Of a DNA stretch of 64,000 nucleotides, positions 1 to 11,773 are shown one piece after another. Under the pieces are notes generated by a model that saw only the letters and a list, made by a program, of their open reading frames with translations, had not been told where the DNA came from and searched no databases. Both the position numbers and the translations under genes were made by a program. Origin of the DNA: Bacteroidales bacterium (lineage in GTDB: Bacteria > Bacteroidota > Bacteroidia > Bacteroidales > UBA12077); NCBI GenBank assembly GCA_028282585.1, contig JANQHR010000097.1, positions 32,001 through 96,000 of the forward strand. Direction: 5' to 3'. Positions within the stretch are counted from its first letter, which is position 1. Each line of letters opens with the position of its first letter.

Positions 1-1808
1 ATTTTATAAAAAATATTGATTCGTATAAAGGAATTATTTTTTATGATTGTAATCCGGTTTATGATTATCCCGCTAAAGAAAAATTAACTAACGCTATAAA
101 AAATATTGAATTAAGCATTTCGTTTTCAGCTATTCCTGATGAAACTTCTGAAATTGTTAAATATGTTTGTCCAGCACATAATTATCTTGAAGCATGGAAT
201 GATTTTAATCCAAAAGAAGGAATTTATACTTTATCACAACCCTGTATACATCCAATTTTTGACACCCGTCGGGAACAAGAATCATTTTTAAAATGGGCAG
301 GAATAGAACAAGAATACTATCAAATAATTAAACAAAACTGGAAATCTGCAGTTTATTCAAAAACAAACCTCGCATTTGATTTTGAAAACTTCTGGATAAA
401 ATCTTTGCAAGATGGAATTATTGAATTGGAAAGTAACTCTTCAGAACCAAAATATAAGAATGATCTAAGTGCTATTAAAATTACCGAGCCAAAATCAGAA
501 CTAGAACTTCATATTTATGAAAGTGTTCATATTGGATCAGGAAAACATGCAAATAATCCATGGCTACAAGAACTTCCAGATCCGGTTTCAAAAGTTACCT
601 GGGATAATTACGCTGCCATCTCTCCCTTTTTATCTAAAGAAAAGAGCTTAAAAACAGGAGACGTAATAATAATAAGCGGTACCATGGAAATTCCGGTTTT
701 AGTCCAACCCGGACAGGCAAAAAATACTATTTCTATTGCACTCGGTTATGGTAGGACTGTTGCTGGCAAATCAGGAAAAGATGTTGGTACTGATGTTTAT
801 CAACTAATAAAAACTGATGGTTATAAGGAATACTCGACAGATATAACGATTGAAAAAACCAAAGTTTTTAAAGAACTAGCTACAACACAATTGCACGATT
901 CAATGGAAGGGCGCGATATTGTTCGCGAAACAACATTGGATAAATACAAAGAAAAGCCGTCGGCTGGAAATGAACGCCACAAAGAAATTGAAAAACATCA
1001 TAATACATTATATCAGGAATACGTATATGAGGGGCACCATTGGGGAATGGCAGTTGACCTAAATGCCTGTACCGGATGTAATTCTTGTGTGGCTGCTTGC
1101 AGTATCGAAAACAATGTTCCTATCGTTGGTAAAGAAGAAGTAAAAAGAGCGCACGAAATGCACTGGATGCGAATTGACAGGTATTATGCCGGCGACCCGG
1201 AAAACCCTGAAGTTATCCGTCAGCCTGTTATGTGTCAGCATTGTGGCAATGCCCCTTGCGAGAATGTTTGCCCGGTTGGAGCCACAAACCATAGTGCCGA
1301 AGGTATTAACCAAATGGCTTACAACCGTTGTATCGGAACAAGGTATTGTAACAATAACTGCCCTTACAAAGTAAGGCGCTTCAACTGGTTTGATTATAAT
1401 AAATCTGATGCTTTAGAAGGCAATTTGTATGACCCGCATGGAATGACAAAAGACTTGCCACGAATGGTATTAAACCCGGATGTTACTGTACGGGCAAAAG
1501 GAGTTATTGAAAAATGTTCATTCTGCGTTCAGCGAATACAGGAAAAGAAATTAAAAGCAAAAATGGAAAATCGTGCTTTGCAAGATGGTGAGATATTAAC
1601 AGCATGCCAACAAACTTGTCCCGCTAATGCAATTGTTTTTGGAGATTTGAATGATAAAAACAGTAAGGTTTCAAAGCTATTTGAACAACAACGCAGGTAT
1701 CATTTGTTAGAGGAGCTGCATACGTTGCCAACTGTTGGTTATTTAACTAAGGTGAGAAATAAAAAAGGTAAAAAATCAAATAATAAAGATCACCAAAAAC
1801 ATGCTTAA
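1..1808 (+). CDS. actB: Alternative complex III subunit ActB (molybdopterin-oxidoreductase-like plus Fe-S domain), 5' truncated by the window edge
   Basis: The frame is open from position 3 (FIKNIDSYKGIIFYDCNPVY...HNYLEAWND), upstream of the called start at 405. Motifs: ANNPWLQELPDP, CTGCNSCVAAC, CQHCGNAPCENVCP, CIGTRYCNNNCPY, EKCSFC...ACQQTCP. Followed by an NrfD-type gene. Confidence 0.93.
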   Translation, partial: FIKNIDSYKGIIFYDCNPVYDYPAKEKLTNAIKNIELSISFSAIPDETSEIVKYVCPAHNYLEAWNDFNPKEGIYTLSQPCIHPIFDTRREQESFLKWAGIEQEYYQIIKQNWKSAVYSKTNLAFDFENFWIKSLQDGIIELESNSSEPKYKNDLSAIKITEPKSELELHIYESVHIGSGKHANNPWLQELPDPVSKVTWDNYAAISPFLSKEKSLKTGDVIIISGTMEIPVLVQPGQAKNTISIALGYGRTVAGKSGKDVGTDVYQLIKTDGYKEYSTDITIEKTKVFKELATTQLHDSMEGRDIVRETTLDKYKEKPSAGNERHKEIEKHHNTLYQEYVYEGHHWGMAVDLNACTGCNSCVAACSIENNVPIVGKEEVKRAHEMHWMRIDRYYAGDPENPEVIRQPVMCQHCGNAPCENVCPVGATNHSAEGINQMAYNRCIGTRYCNNNCPYKVRRFNWFDYNKSDALEGNLYDPHGMTKDLPRMVLNPDVTVRAKGVIEKCSFCVQRIQEKKLKAKMENRALQDGEILTACQQTCPANAIVFGDLNDKNSKVSKLFEQQRRYHLLEELHTLPTVGYLTKVRNKKGKKSNNKDHQKHA

Positions 1809-1853
1809 AGCTGTTTAATGAATTAAAATATTGTATCATTAAAATATTACAAC

Positions 1854-3194
1854 GTGTCTGACATTTCAACTCGTGAAGAATTAATCCAAGGCAACAAGGA
1901 TTTAAAGACGATCACCGATGATGTTTTTAACCCTATAGTTGCAAAACCCAATAAGTTTTGGTTTGCAGGACTTTTATTAGCGGCATCTGCGGCCTTAATT
2001 GGAGTAATTTCCATTGTCCTTACCGTATGGAAAGGAATTGGGATTTGGGGCGTAAACAAAACTATTGGTTGGGGATGGGGTATTACAAACTTTGTTTGGT
2101 GGGTAGGTATTGGTCATGCCGGAACATTTATTTCTGCAATTTTGCTTTTATTCCGCCAAAAATGGCGTACGAGCATTAACCGTTCTGCCGAAGCAATGAC
2201 AATATTTGCGGTAATTTGCGCCGGGCTTTTTCCATTAATTCATATGGGAAGATTGTTGTTGGGTTTTTTCATTCTTCCTTATCCAAATACCCGCGATGTT
2301 TGGGTAAACTTTAATTCACCTTTATTGTGGGATGTATTTGCAATTACAACTTATCTTCTGGTGTCACTTGTATTCTGGTATGTAGGATTAATTCCTGATT
2401 TGGGTACAGTTAGGGACAGAATGAAAACTAAATTTAAAAAAGCATTTTACAGATTATTAAGTTTTGGATGGACAGGTTCTGCAAAACACTGGCAACGTTT
2501 CGAAATTGTTAGTTTTACTTTAGCGGGGTTAGCTGCTCCGTTAGTGCTTTCAGTACACACTATTGTAAGTTTCGACTTTGCCACTTCGGTAATTCCTGGT
2601 TGGCATACAACTATATTTCCACCTTACTTTGTTGCAGGTGCAATTTTCTCAGGTTTTGCAATGGTTCTTACGCTTATGATTGTAGCCCGCAAAACAATGA
2701 ACCTGCAAGATTATATCACAATTAACCACATTGAACTGATGAATAAAATTATCATTTTAACCGGTTCAATTGTAGGAATTGCATATTTAACCGAATTATT
2801 TATCGCATGGTACTCAGGCGTTGAATATGAGTTATTCGCGTTCGTTAATCGTGCAACCGGACCTTATTGGTGGGCATATTGGATAATGATGACATGCAAC
2901 GTAGTTTCTCCTCAATTATTCTGGTTCAAAAAGCTTAGAAGAAGTATCTGGTTTACATTCTTAATGTCAATAGTCATTAATGTTGGAATGTGGTTCGAAC
3001 GTTTTGTAATTATTGTTACATCGCTCCATAGGGATTATTTACCATCCAGTTGGGAAATGTACAAGCCGACTATTATTGAAGTTCTTATTTTCGTAGGAAC
3101 GCTCGGTATATTCTTTACTCTATTCTTACTATTTGTAAGGTTTTTCCCGGTTATTGCTATGGCGGAAGTAAAAACAACCATTAAGAACAAGTAG
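1854..3194 (+). CDS. actC: ACIII quinol-binding membrane subunit ActC (NrfD/PsrC family)
   Basis: [71 protein letters not shown]; many TM helices; GTG start. Confidence 0.95.
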   Translation: MSDISTREELIQGNKDLKTITDDVFNPIVAKPNKFWFAGLLLAASAALIGVISIVLTVWKGIGIWGVNKTIGWGWGITNFVWWVGIGHAGTFISAILLLFRQKWRTSINRSAEAMTIFAVICAGLFPLIHMGRLLLGFFILPYPNTRDVWVNFNSPLLWDVFAITTYLLVSLVFWYVGLIPDLGTVRDRMKTKFKKAFYRLLSFGWTGSAKHWQRFEIVSFTLAGLAAPLVLSVHTIVSFDFATSVIPGWHTTIFPPYFVAGAIFSGFAMVLTLMIVARKTMNLQDYITINHIELMNKIIILTGSIVGIAYLTELFIAWYSGVEYELFAFVNRATGPYWWAYWIMMTCNVVSPQLFWFKKLRRSIWFTFLMSIVINVGMWFERFVIIVTSLHRDYLPSSWEMYKPTIIEVLIFVGTLGIFFTLFLLFVRFFPVIAMAEVKTTIKNK

Positions 3195-3288
3195 GCTATG
3201 AGGAAATCAATGACTGAAATAAATATTGAGAAGCAGAATTACTTTAATCAAGTATTTAGTAAATTTAATGTACTCAAATTTTAATCGG

Positions 3289-3801
3289 ATGAAGCTAATA
3301 TCAGGTTATTTTAATAAAGAAGCAAGCTTATTGGAAGCTGTTAAAAGCTTGCGAGCAAATAATATAAAAATAAAAGATGTTTTTTCTCCTTATCCCGTTC
3401 ATGGTTTGGACCAGGCGATGGGATTAAGGCGCTCTTGGCTACCACGCGCAGCTTTTATTGGTGGAGCATTTGGTGCAATATCAGGATTTTTATTCCAGGC
3501 GTGGGTTTTTACAAGAGCATATCCTATAAAAATTGGAGGTAAACCATTTTTGGCAACACCATCATTTATTCCTGTTACATTTGAATTTGCAGTACTATTT
3601 GCAGCTTTTTCTATTGTATTTGCATATTTACTTAAGTCAAATTTAGGTGTAGGAGCTAACAATAAAATATATGATGAACGAGCTACTGATGATAGATTTG
3701 TAGTAGTTCTTGATACATCAAATGTTGATGAACAGGAAGCAGAAAAAATAAAATCAAAGTTTGAAGAAACAGGTGCTGAAGGAATAAAATATGAAGAGTA
3801 A
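3289..3801 (+). CDS. actD: ACIII subunit ActD (DUF3341 family)
   Basis: DVFSPYPVHGLDQAMG, IGGKP...SFIPVTFE, two TM helices. ATG at 3289 is preferred over the track's TTG at 3226. Confidence 0.9.
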   Translation: MKLISGYFNKEASLLEAVKSLRANNIKIKDVFSPYPVHGLDQAMGLRRSWLPRAAFIGGAFGAISGFLFQAWVFTRAYPIKIGGKPFLATPSFIPVTFEFAVLFAAFSIVFAYLLKSNLGVGANNKIYDERATDDRFVVVLDTSNVDEQEAEKIKSKFEETGAEGIKYEE

Positions 3802-4984
3802 TATAGAGTCTATTATGGAAAATTACAACATAACATTTCAATTCAGCAAAAAGATAAAAACTATTTTAGCGGTCTTTATTGTTATTGGAGTTGCTTCATT
3901 AGCATACGGTATATTCGCCTATTCGCCAACCAAGGTATGGTCGGCTTTACTTTTAAACTCAGTTAACTTTTTAACGATTGGATTGGGTGCTACCTTTTTT
4001 GTTGCGGTACATATAATTACCCAATCAGGATGGCATGTATCAGTTCAAAGAATTCCTGAAGCCATTAGTATGTCATTACCTTTTGGTGCTATTTTCATGA
4101 TTATCATGTTATTTGGGTTAAATAATGTTTTTCATTGGATACACGAAGTACATCATGACCCATTAATTATGAAAAAGGAAGCTTATCTTAATGTACCATT
4201 CTTTATAACAAGATTATTTATTTACCTGGCTGTTTGGATACTTTTTACTTATGTATTGAGAAATTTATCAAAGAAAAGCGATCTAAACGACGGTCTAAAA
4301 TATTATAATAAAAGCAGAACTTATGCAGCTCTTTTTATCGTATTTTTTGCTATAACTATAGTTACTTTCGCATGGGATTGGCTCATGTCAATAGAAGCAC
4401 ATTGGTTTAGTACATTGTTTGGCTGGTATGTACTTGCCGGCGTTATTGTAAAAAGTTTTGCTGTAATTATAATTATTGTGGCCATCTTAAGAAAACTAGG
4501 TTATTTGGAGTTCATTACTAAAGAGAATATTCATGATTTAGCAAGGTATCTATTTTCATTCGCCATATTTTGGATGTATTTGTGGTTTTCGCAATTTATG
4601 TTGATTTGGTATGCCAATCTTCCTGAAGAAACACTCTACTTTATAAAGAGAGTTGATAATTACGGATTCTTATTTTATTTGAACCTTATACTGAATTTTT
4701 TAATTCCATTCCTGGTACTTATTGTTCGTAAATTCAGAAGAATACTTTGGATTGTAACCTCAATTGCACTAGTTGTTTTTGCTGGTCAATGGCTCGACCA
4801 CTACTTAATGATATTCCCGGGAACAATGCTAGATGTTCAAAAAATTGGAATATTTGATATAGGATTAACCATAGGATTTATAGGGATATTGCTTTGGACA
4901 GTTTTACAATCATTAACCAAAGCTAAGCTTTTACCTAAAAATCATCCTTATTTACAAGAAAGTTTCCATTATGAAAATTTATAA
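3791..4984 (+). CDS. actF: ACIII membrane subunit ActF
   Basis: YLNVPFFITR, AWDWLMSIEAHWFSTLFGWY, FWMYLWFSQFMLIWYANLPEET; multiple TM helices; overlaps actD. Confidence 0.9.
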   Translation: MKSNIESIMENYNITFQFSKKIKTILAVFIVIGVASLAYGIFAYSPTKVWSALLLNSVNFLTIGLGATFFVAVHIITQSGWHVSVQRIPEAISMSLPFGAIFMIIMLFGLNNVFHWIHEVHHDPLIMKKEAYLNVPFFITRLFIYLAVWILFTYVLRNLSKKSDLNDGLKYYNKSRTYAALFIVFFAITIVTFAWDWLMSIEAHWFSTLFGWYVLAGVIVKSFAVIIIIVAILRKLGYLEFITKENIHDLARYLFSFAIFWMYLWFSQFMLIWYANLPEETLYFIKRVDNYGFLFYLNLILNFLIPFLVLIVRKFRRILWIVTSIALVVFAGQWLDHYLMIFPGTMLDVQKIGIFDIGLTIGFIGILLWTVLQSLTKAKLLPKNHPYLQESFHYENL

Positions 4985-5558
4985 CATTGATATGAAAAGC
5001 TTCAGAGTTGTATATATAATATTTAGCATGTTATTTATCTTTACTTCTTGTGATAAAAGAAGTACGGAGCGCGGACACAGTTATTTACCCGAAATGGAAC
5101 GATCTCAGGCTTACGATACTTATAGCGAAAATCCAAATTTTGAAAATTCCATGACTATGCGAATGCCTGTAAAAGGGACAATTCCCCGAGAAATGGTTCC
5201 TTATCACTTGGCTAAAACTGATGAAGACCTTAAAACTGCTGGAGAGATACTCTTTAACCCTTTAAAAATCGACGAAGAAAATCTTGCAATTGGTAAACTT
5301 TATTACGATAGATTCTGTAATCAATGCCATGGAGAAAAAGGTGATGGACAAGGATTTTTATATACAAGTAAAAAGTACGCATATCCTCCAACCAACCTGC
5401 TGCTTGAAAAAACTGTAGATAGGCCTGAAGGAGAAATTTACCATATTATAAATGTTGGAATTAAGATCATGGGTGCACATGCTTCGCAAATCTCACAAGA
5501 AGATCGTTGGAGAATTGTTATGTACATTCGTGAGGATCTTCAAAAATCAAGTAATTAA
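4971..5558 (+). CDS. actE: ACIII monoheme cytochrome c lipoprotein ActE
   Basis: Lipobox (IFTSC), YLPEM..S..Y motif, MRMPVKGTIPR, heme motif CNQCHG, MGAHASQI...RWRIVMYIR. The start may be the ATG at 4992. Confidence 0.88.
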   Translation: MKIYNIDMKSFRVVYIIFSMLFIFTSCDKRSTERGHSYLPEMERSQAYDTYSENPNFENSMTMRMPVKGTIPREMVPYHLAKTDEDLKTAGEILFNPLKIDEENLAIGKLYYDRFCNQCHGEKGDGQGFLYTSKKYAYPPTNLLLEKTVDRPEGEIYHIINVGIKIMGAHASQISQEDRWRIVMYIREDLQKSSN

Positions 5559-5637
5559 TATTTTTTTCATGCATTAAAACGCTTGAATTTGGTATCAATT
5601 TTGAGGGTATTTTTATACTTAATCAAAACTAAATATC

Positions 5638-6567
5638 ATGCAAAAAATATATTTCATAAGTATCTTATTTTTAACTTCAGTTTTATTAGTTAATACATCC
5701 TGCCAAAAAGAAGATAGCCTCCCAAAACCCGATTTTATTGCTAATCATTATTCGTCTACAAATAAGGAAATAACAATCGCCTTTACTGATATGTCATCTA
5801 ATGATGCTGAGGAATGGATATGGGCATTTGAAGGAGGAACCCCTGCAATATCATATGATAGAGATCCAATTGTAACATATAATTCGGCTGGAACATTTAA
5901 TGTAACCTTAACAGTTAGAAATAGTCATGGTACAAAAGAAATTACCAAGGTTGATTATATTAACATTGGTGATTTTCTTAATCCAACCTGGGCTGATATC
6001 CAAATTACGCATAATTCGCAAAATAAAGTTGTTGCTGTTGATGATAACATTTTATTAGCTGAAATTGAGACTCCGGTTATTAGTTATTATGCGGAGACAT
6101 ATGGAAAAGCCAGCGACGGAAATCAAATAGGCTTATTAATTTTCTGGAATGAAAGTTTGAACCTTAATAATGGCCTTTATTGGGACTTTATTATTGAGGA
6201 TATTTTTGTATTTATAAATATTCAAAATTATGGTCCTGATAACTTTTACCCGCTAACGGTTAATTGGGGAGATCCGGAATATGAAATTACTGATAATATT
6301 ACTATTCCAAACGATGGATTATGGAAATCAACAGGTTATTATGACGCTTGGGATTTCATGAAAATAAGAGCCTTTTTCGAAAGTAATTCAGATATTCACG
6401 TAGAATGGGAAGAAGATATCCATTTTGACCTATTATGGGCTGTAAACCAAGGACTTGATTTATGGTATGATGGTTCGAAAAGTACTTTAAAATCTAAAGC
6501 AAAATCTAAAAACCTCCGAGAAACTGCAAAACAAATTAAACAATCTGGTTCCGTAAGAAAAAAATAA
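5638..6567 (+). CDS. PKD-domain lipoprotein of unknown function
   Basis: Signal peptide with lipobox (NTSC-QKED) and PKD signature FTDMSSN...WIWAFEGGTP...DPIVTYNSAGTFNVTLTV. Confidence 0.75.
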   Translation: MQKIYFISILFLTSVLLVNTSCQKEDSLPKPDFIANHYSSTNKEITIAFTDMSSNDAEEWIWAFEGGTPAISYDRDPIVTYNSAGTFNVTLTVRNSHGTKEITKVDYINIGDFLNPTWADIQITHNSQNKVVAVDDNILLAEIETPVISYYAETYGKASDGNQIGLLIFWNESLNLNNGLYWDFIIEDIFVFINIQNYGPDNFYPLTVNWGDPEYEITDNITIPNDGLWKSTGYYDAWDFMKIRAFFESNSDIHVEWEEDIHFDLLWAVNQGLDLWYDGSKSTLKSKAKSKNLRETAKQIKQSGSVRKK

Positions 6568-6636
6568 AATGTTATAAGTATTTAAATATTAAAGCGGTAA
6601 CAGCTTTCAACTATCGCTTTTCAATGAATTATTTAG

Positions 6637-8004
6637 TTATCTTTTTTCTATAGGTTCATAATTTCTCCACTCAGATACATTTTTATACGCGGGCCTTATA
6701 ATTCGCTTCTTTTCAAAATTTAATTCTTCTATTCTATGAGCGCACCAACCGGAAATTCGCGACATAGCAAAAAGTGGAGTGTACAGTTCTCTTGGAATAC
6801 CAATCATTTCGTATACAAATCCTGAATAGAAATCAACGTTAGCACAAACTATTTTCCCTGCCCGGTTTCCTTTAAACTCCATAAAAGCTTCAATACCTAA
6901 CTTTTCTATCGCTTCTAAAAACTCAAATTCATCTAATCTGTTCTTCTCTATAGCTAATTTCTTTGCCATAGACTTTAAAATAATGGAACGGGGGTCTGAT
7001 TTAGTATAGACTGCGTGACCAATACCATATATCTTACCTGTTCTATCATAAGCTTCCTTCTTTAAGAGTTTAAACATATAATTCTTGATTTCATCATGGT
7101 TATTCCAATTTTTAATAACTTTCTTAAAATGATCAAACATATGATTAACCCTTAGATTTGCTCCTCCGTGCAAAGGTCCTTTTAATGAGCCAATACCCGC
7201 AGTAATAGCAGAATAAGTATCTGTATTTGATGAACTAATTACTCTAACAGTAAATGTCGAGTTATTACCTCCACCATGCTCAGCATGAAGTACTTGAGCC
7301 AAATCCAGAACATCTGCGTCTAACTTTGTATAATTTCCATCGCCTTTTAACATAAAAAGAAAGTTCTCTGCCATAGAGAGTCCTGGTTTTGGATGTCTTA
7401 TATATAAGGTTTTATTTCTGTAATAATGCTGCATGCTATGATACGCATAACTTATTATTGTTGGAAAGCTTGCAATTAATTTAATTGACTGAATTATCAG
7501 ATTTTCCCGTGTAATCACATCGGCCTCAAGATCTCTTGCATACATAACCATTACCGTTCTGGCCAGCACATTCATAATATCAACACCTTTAAAATCCAGG
7601 ATACTCATTTTAATTGCGGGGTCCAACTCTCTTTGAGTAGCAAGTAGTTCATTAAATCGATCTAATACAGATTTCATGGGTAACCTACCTGATAACAATA
7701 AGAAAACGGTCTCTTCAAATCCATGTCTTCCTTCTTTTTGAAATCCATCCACTATATGCTGTATATTATATCCTCGATAATATAATTCCCCATCAAGTGG
7801 AATTATTTTACCATCTTTACGATGATAGCCAACAACATTCCCAATATTCGTTAAGCCAACCAAAACACCACTGTGATCATCATTACGCAATCCTCGTTTA
7901 ACATTAAACTTTTCCCATAAATGACCATCAATTCTACTGGTTTTTTGAATCGTTGCAGTTAAATCCTTTAGTAAAGAGTCGAATTCCTTAATATCTTTTT
8001 TCAT
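6637..8004 (-). CDS. gltA: Citrate synthase
   Basis: LHAEHGGGNNSTFT, GPLHGGAN, IYGIGHAVYTKSDPR, ANVDFYSG. Confidence 0.95.
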   Translation of the reverse strand: MKKDIKEFDSLLKDLTATIQKTSRIDGHLWEKFNVKRGLRNDDHSGVLVGLTNIGNVVGYHRKDGKIIPLDGELYYRGYNIQHIVDGFQKEGRHGFEETVFLLLSGRLPMKSVLDRFNELLATQRELDPAIKMSILDFKGVDIMNVLARTVMVMYARDLEADVITRENLIIQSIKLIASFPTIISYAYHSMQHYYRNKTLYIRHPKPGLSMAENFLFMLKGDGNYTKLDADVLDLAQVLHAEHGGGNNSTFTVRVISSSNTDTYSAITAGIGSLKGPLHGGANLRVNHMFDHFKKVIKNWNNHDEIKNYMFKLLKKEAYDRTGKIYGIGHAVYTKSDPRSIILKSMAKKLAIEKNRLDEFEFLEAIEKLGIEAFMEFKGNRAGKIVCANVDFYSGFVYEMIGIPRELYTPLFAMSRISGWCAHRIEELNFEKKRIIRPAYKNVSEWRNYEPIEKR

Positions 8005-8024
8005 GTTTTAGCTTTTTGGTTTAT

Positions 8025-9251
8025 TTATACAGTTGATGCTTTAAGGCCTTTATCAATTTCATTCAAAAAATCTTCGGTATTTAAATAATGTTCTTTCTTT
8101 AAATTGTCTCCATGAATAATAAGTGCTAAATCTTTTGTCATTTTTCCAGATTCAACAGTTTCAATAGACACTTTTTCTAAACTATTAGCAAATTTTATTA
8201 ACTCATCATTTTTGTCAAGCATACCTCTAAAAGCCAACCCTCTTGTCCACGCAAAAATTGAGGCTATAGGGTTTGTAGATGTTGGCTTACCTTGCTGGTG
8301 TAACCTATAATGCCTTGTTACCGTACCGTGAGCAGCTTCTGATTCCATTGTTTTTCCGTCGGGAGTTATAAGCGTTGATGTCATCAATCCTAATGAACCA
8401 AAACCTTGTGCTAAACTATCAGACTGAACATCACCATCATAATTTTTACAGGCCCACACAAATTCTCCTTCCCATTTCATTGCAACAGCTACCATATCAT
8501 CAATTAACCTGTGTTCATATGTTATTCCTAATTTATCAAACCTCTCTTTGAATTCTGACTCAAATATTTCCTGGAAAATATCTTTAAACCTGCCATCATA
8601 TTTTTTCAAGATGGTATTTTTTGTAGACAAATAAAGCGGCCATTTTTTTAACAATGCCTGGTTCATACATGCTCTGGCAAAACCTTTTATTGAATCATCA
8701 AGATTAAACATTACCATAGCAATTCCATCATCATCAAAATTATGTACGTCATAACTTACTTCTTCACTCCCATTGTCCGGTATAAAAGTTACTTTCAATT
8801 TGCCTTTCCCTTTAACCAAAAAATCAGTGGCTATATACTGGTCTCCAAAGGCGTGACGGCCAATACAAATTGGTTTGGTCCAATTTCTGACTACAGGCTT
8901 GATATTGTTAACCATTATTGGTTCTCTAAAAACCGTACCTCCTAACATTTTTCGTATAGTACCATTTGGAGATTTCCACATTTGTTTTAAACCAAACTCT
9001 TCAACCCTTGCTTCATCAGGTGTAATTGTAGCGCATTTAACTCCAACATTATATTTTTTTATAGCTTCAGCAGCATCAACAGTAATTTGATCATTTGTTT
9101 CATCTCTTTTTTGAATACTTAAGTCATAGTATTTTAAGTCAATATCCAAATATGGAAAAATCAGTTTTTCCTTTATCTCTTTCCATATTACACGGGTCAT
9201 TTCATCACCGTCTATTTCAACAACGGGGTTAATAACTTTAATTTTTTGCAT
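8025..9251 (-). CDS. icd: NADP-dependent isocitrate dehydrogenase (eukaryote-like homodimeric type)
   Basis: [53 protein letters not shown] at 9251. Confidence 0.96.
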   Translation of the reverse strand: MQKIKVINPVVEIDGDEMTRVIWKEIKEKLIFPYLDIDLKYYDLSIQKRDETNDQITVDAAEAIKKYNVGVKCATITPDEARVEEFGLKQMWKSPNGTIRKMLGGTVFREPIMVNNIKPVVRNWTKPICIGRHAFGDQYIATDFLVKGKGKLKVTFIPDNGSEEVSYDVHNFDDDGIAMVMFNLDDSIKGFARACMNQALLKKWPLYLSTKNTILKKYDGRFKDIFQEIFESEFKERFDKLGITYEHRLIDDMVAVAMKWEGEFVWACKNYDGDVQSDSLAQGFGSLGLMTSTLITPDGKTMESEAAHGTVTRHYRLHQQGKPTSTNPIASIFAWTRGLAFRGMLDKNDELIKFANSLEKVSIETVESGKMTKDLALIIHGDNLKKEHYLNTEDFLNEIDKGLKASTV

Positions 9252-9257
9252 AAACAA

Positions 9258-11519
9258 TTATTTATTTTGTGATTTAATGAGATTTAATGCTGCTCCTGCT
9301 TTGTACCACTCAATTTGTTGCTGATTATAAGAATGAGACAATTTGACAATTTTACTTTCACCGGTACTACGAATAATTTCTAACTCAATCAATTTCCCTG
9401 GTGAGAAGTCTTTAAGATTAATAAAGTTAAAATCGTCATCCTCTCCAATATGATCATAATCATCCTCGTTTACAAAGGTTAAGGCTAACATTCCTTGCTT
9501 CTTCAGATTTGTTTCATGTATACGGGCAAATGATTTCGCTATTACAGCCTTTACACCTAAATGACGTGGCTCCATTGCAGCGTGTTCGCGCGACGAGCCT
9601 TCTCCATAGTTATGATCTCCTACCACTATACTAGGTACTCCTAATCTTTTGTAATCTCGTTGTACGTTAGGCACTTCATCATATTTGCCTGTAATTTGAT
9701 TTTTAATTGAATTGGTTTTATTGTTAAAAGCGTTAACCGCTCCAATTAACATATTGTTTGATATATTATCTAAATGCCCTCTATATTTTAGCCAGGGGCC
9801 TGCCATTGAAATATGATCTGTTGTACATTTTCCTAATGCTTTTATCAATAATTTTGCTCCTCTGATGTTTTCTCCGTTCCAAGGTTCAAATGGACTTAAT
9901 AGTTGTAATCTATCAGATTCGGGATTAACTTTAACTTCTATATTATGACCATTTTTAGCAGGGGCTTTGTAGCCATTGTTTTCAACATCAAATCCATTTA
10001 AAGGTAGTTCAATGCTTTCAGGTGGATCCAATTTTACTTTTTCGCCTTTTTCATTAACCAATTCATCCGTAAGAGGGTTAAATACAAGTTCACCTCCTAA
10101 AACCATTGCTGTTACTAACTCAGGTGATGTAACAAAAGCATGGGTATTAGGATTACCGTCGGCTCTTTTAGAAAAATTCCTATTAAATGAATGAACGATA
10201 GTATTTCGTTCTTGCTTTTCTGAATTCTGCCTTTTCCATTGCCCTATACATGGCCCACAGGCATTGGCAAAAACTTTAGCCCCAATTTTATTAAGGGCGG
10301 AAATAAACCCATCTCTATCAATTGTATAGCGCACTTGTTCAGAACCCGGTGTTACAGTAAAAGTAGATTTCGCTTTTAATCCTTTTTCTACAGCCTGCTT
10401 TGCAATCGATGCTGCTTTTGAAATGTCTTCATAGGAAGAATTTGTACAAGAACCTATCAGTCCTACTTCAATTTTTAATGGCCAGTTATTTTTAATTGCT
10501 TCCTCCTTTAATTCAGAAATTGGAGTTGCTTTATCTGGTGTAAAAGGTCCATTAACGTGAGGCTCCAATTCAGTAAGGTTTATTTCAATGAGTTGGTCAA
10601 AATATTTTTCCGGATTTTCAACTACCTCTTTATCAGGAGTAAGGTGTTGGATAATGTTATTTGCTAAACCAGCAACTTTTTCTCTTCCCGTTGCTTCTAA
10701 ATATCTTTCCATCGAATCATCATATGAAAATAACGAAGTAGTAGCACCAATTTCTGCACCCATATTACAAATTGTACCTTTACCCGTTGCTGATATTGAT
10801 TTTGCACCTTCCCCAAAATACTCAATAATATATCCGGTACCTCCTTTTACCGTAAGAATTCCAGCTAATTTTAATATAACGTCTTTAGGTGATGCCCATC
10901 CATTTAGTTTTCCGGTAAGTTTTACACCAATTAATTTTGGCATTTTCAATTCCCAAGGCATTCCAGCCATAACGTCTACTGCATCAGCTCCACCAACACC
11001 TATAGCAACCATTCCTAATCCACCCGCATTAGGAGTATGTGAATCCGTGCCAATCATCATTCCTCCTGGAAAGGCATAGTTTTCCAGAACTACCTGATGA
11101 ATAATACCAGCTCCGGGCTCCCAAAAACCTATTCCGTACTTATTAGAAGCCGATTCCAGAAAGTCAAAAACTTCTTTATTGGTAATTATTGCATCTTTTA
11201 AATCATCTTTACCTGTTTTATAAGCCTGTATAAGATGATCACAGTGGACAGTAGATGGTACTGCCACACTAGTTTTTCCTGAATTTATAAACTGTAAAAG
11301 CGCCATTTGTGCTGTGGCATCTTGCATAGCTACCCGGTCCGGTCTAAAATCAACATAATCTGCGCCTCGTATAAAATCTTCTATATTTTCTGAATATAAG
11401 TGCGTATATAATATTTTTTCAGCAAGACTAAGCGGGCGATCTAATTTCTTCTTTACCATTTGCATTTTTACATCATACAATTGATAAACCGATTCTATTA
11501 ACTCAATATCAAATAGCAT
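9258..11519 (-). CDS. acnA: Aconitate hydratase (mitochondrial-like type)
   Basis: [63 protein letters not shown]. Confidence 0.95.
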   Translation of the reverse strand: MLFDIELIESVYQLYDVKMQMVKKKLDRPLSLAEKILYTHLYSENIEDFIRGADYVDFRPDRVAMQDATAQMALLQFINSGKTSVAVPSTVHCDHLIQAYKTGKDDLKDAIITNKEVFDFLESASNKYGIGFWEPGAGIIHQVVLENYAFPGGMMIGTDSHTPNAGGLGMVAIGVGGADAVDVMAGMPWELKMPKLIGVKLTGKLNGWASPKDVILKLAGILTVKGGTGYIIEYFGEGAKSISATGKGTICNMGAEIGATTSLFSYDDSMERYLEATGREKVAGLANNIIQHLTPDKEVVENPEKYFDQLIEINLTELEPHVNGPFTPDKATPISELKEEAIKNNWPLKIEVGLIGSCTNSSYEDISKAASIAKQAVEKGLKAKSTFTVTPGSEQVRYTIDRDGFISALNKIGAKVFANACGPCIGQWKRQNSEKQERNTIVHSFNRNFSKRADGNPNTHAFVTSPELVTAMVLGGELVFNPLTDELVNEKGEKVKLDPPESIELPLNGFDVENNGYKAPAKNGHNIEVKVNPESDRLQLLSPFEPWNGENIRGAKLLIKALGKCTTDHISMAGPWLKYRGHLDNISNNMLIGAVNAFNNKTNSIKNQITGKYDEVPNVQRDYKRLGVPSIVVGDHNYGEGSSREHAAMEPRHLGVKAVIAKSFARIHETNLKKQGMLALTFVNEDDYDHIGEDDDFNFINLKDFSPGKLIELEIIRSTGESKIVKLSHSYNQQQIEWYKAGAALNLIKSQNK

Positions 11520-11773
11520 TTTTCAATTTTTTATATTTACATTATAATACTTAAGAATTTAATTTATATAACAACAGATATACTTCTCTTGTTTATCTTC
11601 TATCACATTAAATATAAATTTATTAGGAAGCTTAAGGTACAAAATAAATTTAATATAAAATAATTTATTTATGTATCTATTTAGATGCTTTGACACAAAA
11701 CTCTATGCGAGCATTTCTAATTCGAATTAATTTAAGAGTTTACCTGATGGAGTAAGTAAAAATTCGTGAAATA

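Noticed and set aside
10588-11079. 163-aa ORF on the + strand, plus the many other 60-105 aa ORFs in the track that overlap larger genes
   Set aside because: These are antisense or out-of-frame shadows inside well-supported genes (here aconitase) and have no recognisable motifs.
6637-11519. Eukaryote-like aconitase and IDH as evidence of inter-domain transfer
   Set aside because: These enzyme types, clustered with citrate synthase, are known from Bacteroidota and are not unusual here.
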